NCBI GenBank assembly: GCA_036128775.1
Contig: JAYYPZ010000116.1
Coordinates: 1 to 50,555 of the forward strand
Reading direction: 5' to 3'
Source: Bacteroidota bacterium
GTDB lineage: Bacteria > Bacteroidota > Bacteroidia > Chitinophagales > UBA8649
Length of the DNA: 50,555 bases
The notes under the pieces were generated by a model, which worked only from the letters and a program-made list of their open reading frames with translations, was not told the DNA's origin and made no database searches. The translations under genes and the position numbers were made by a program. Below, in pieces: positions 49,392-50,555 of this stretch; the stretch's first letter is position 1, and every line of letters starts with the position of its first letter.

Positions 49392-50240
49392 GTGAGAAAA
49401 TCTAGACCCAATAGAAACCTTTTGAGCCTTTTTCTGTGCTCGTTTTTCCTTTGTACCGGAACAGCTGATTTATGGGCTCAAAAAACAAGAACGTTCCCAG
49501 ATGGCTCAACGTATACGGGTGAGTTAAAAAAGAGAAAGCCCAACGGAGTCGGTTTCCTAACAAAAGCGAATGGAGAAACTTACGAAGGCAGTTTTGCCTA
49601 TGGTGTATTCGATGGGAAAGGCACCTATACATGGTTGGACGGCAGCTACTACACCGGAGACTACGTTAATGGCAAGCAAGAAGGCCAAGGTCAACAGTTC
49701 TGGCCCAATGGCGATCACTACACAGGATCGTTTCTAGCCGATGAGCAACACGGTGAAGGGAGTTATGTTTGGTCAGATGGATCAGTCTACACCGGATCTT
49801 TTGTACAAGGTGCGATTGATGGACATGGAGAGCAACGTGAGCCTAATGGGCAGATCTACATAGGACAGTTTAAGGATGGGGAGTTTCATGGAAAAGGACA
49901 ATTGTCATGGCCCGAAGGAGACCTATACATCGGCCATTTTAATAAAGGCGCTATAGACAGCTTTGGACACTTTGATTTTGCCAATGGCTTTGTCTATGAA
50001 GGAATGCTCAAAGAGGGACAGTTTCATGGCATAGGAGAACTTACCATGGCAAACGGTGACATCTACAAAGGATCTTTTGTAGACGGTAAAAAATCAGGTT
50101 TTGGGCGCTACACTTGGAACAATGGAACAGTTTACGTAGGACACTTTGAAAACAACCTATACCACGGCGAAGGTGCAATGACCTTTCCCGATGGCTTCAA
50201 ACGAGAGGGACTTTGGGAATTCGGAGAGTTGTTACCTTAA
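49392..50240 (+). CDS. Secreted MORN-repeat protein
   Basis: Signal peptide followed by about 10-11 23-aa YxGxF..G..xGxG repeats. Confidence 0.9.
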   Translation: MRKSRPNRNLLSLFLCSFFLCTGTADLWAQKTRTFPDGSTYTGELKKRKPNGVGFLTKANGETYEGSFAYGVFDGKGTYTWLDGSYYTGDYVNGKQEGQGQQFWPNGDHYTGSFLADEQHGEGSYVWSDGSVYTGSFVQGAIDGHGEQREPNGQIYIGQFKDGEFHGKGQLSWPEGDLYIGHFNKGAIDSFGHFDFANGFVYEGMLKEGQFHGIGELTMANGDIYKGSFVDGKKSGFGRYTWNNGTVYVGHFENNLYHGEGAMTFPDGFKREGLWEFGELLP

Positions 50241-50278
50241 CGTCTATCTAACTACAATAAATGTAGAAGGCAATCGAA

Positions 50279-50554
50279 CTATCGAATCAGCGTAACATTC
50301 CCTCGATAAACAGCCTGTTCAGCAGTTTCATCCTTTGTCTTGATTAGAGTTACATACCATGTATATACCCCTAGAGGTGCTGCTTTTCCTTGGCGCATAC
50401 CATCCCATCCATCGAGAGGATCACTCGTCTCGAAGACAGGATTACCCCACCTGTCAAACACTTGAAACAGGTACGCATCATATCCGAAAGGACAATCTTG
50501 CTTAACCATAAAGAGGTCGTTAACCCCATCATTGTTGGGAGAGAATGCAGTCGG
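50279..50554 (-). CDS. C-terminal end of a T9SS type B (gliding-motility-associated CTD) protein, truncated by the window edge
   Basis: PTAFSPNNDGVND...FDRWG..VF...GWDG...GVY...GNVTLIR. Confidence 0.9.
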   Translation of the reverse strand, partial: PTAFSPNNDGVNDLFMVKQDCPFGYDAYLFQVFDRWGNPVFETSDPLDGWDGMRQGKAAPLGVYTWYVTLIKTKDETAEQAVYRGNVTLIR

Positions 50555-50555
50555 C

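Noticed and set aside
49500-50220. 69-bp periodicity suggesting a DNA repeat array
   Set aside because: Explained by protein-level MORN repeats with divergent codons.

Overview
A 50.5-kb chromosomal segment from a Bacteroidota bacterium, probably a marine Flavobacteriales-like organism or MAG. Support: many T9SS C-terminal sorting domains, TAnnTTTG -7 promoters and no Shine-Dalgarno motifs. Core genes are dcd, an M1 aminopeptidase, pyrG-yidC, comEC, surE-lpxB, rpe, rpsO-pnp and three tRNAs (Gly-GCC, Leu-TAA, Ala-GGC). There is a candidate sphingolipid/ceramide locus (extended SDR, serine palmitoyltransferase-like enzyme, divergent GNAT) followed by an acyl-CoA dehydrogenase-fadI-fadJ beta-oxidation operon with a palindromic operator. 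Two integrase-free accessory stacks sit at tRNA 3' ends. The larger (about 28.85-41.06 kb, after tRNA-Ala) is a mosaic of secreted hydrolases, a deoC/split-ALDH16-like operon and gene scraps. It contains an apparently circularly permuted SGNH/GDSL lipoprotein (catalytic GDS block at the C-terminus), a 51-bp synonymously diverged second copy of part of that gene fused to a truncated gene, and an AT-rich esterase carrying a higher-GC T9SS tail. I found no CRISPR array, rRNA, transposase or integrase. Family assignments come from motif recognition only; no searches were run.
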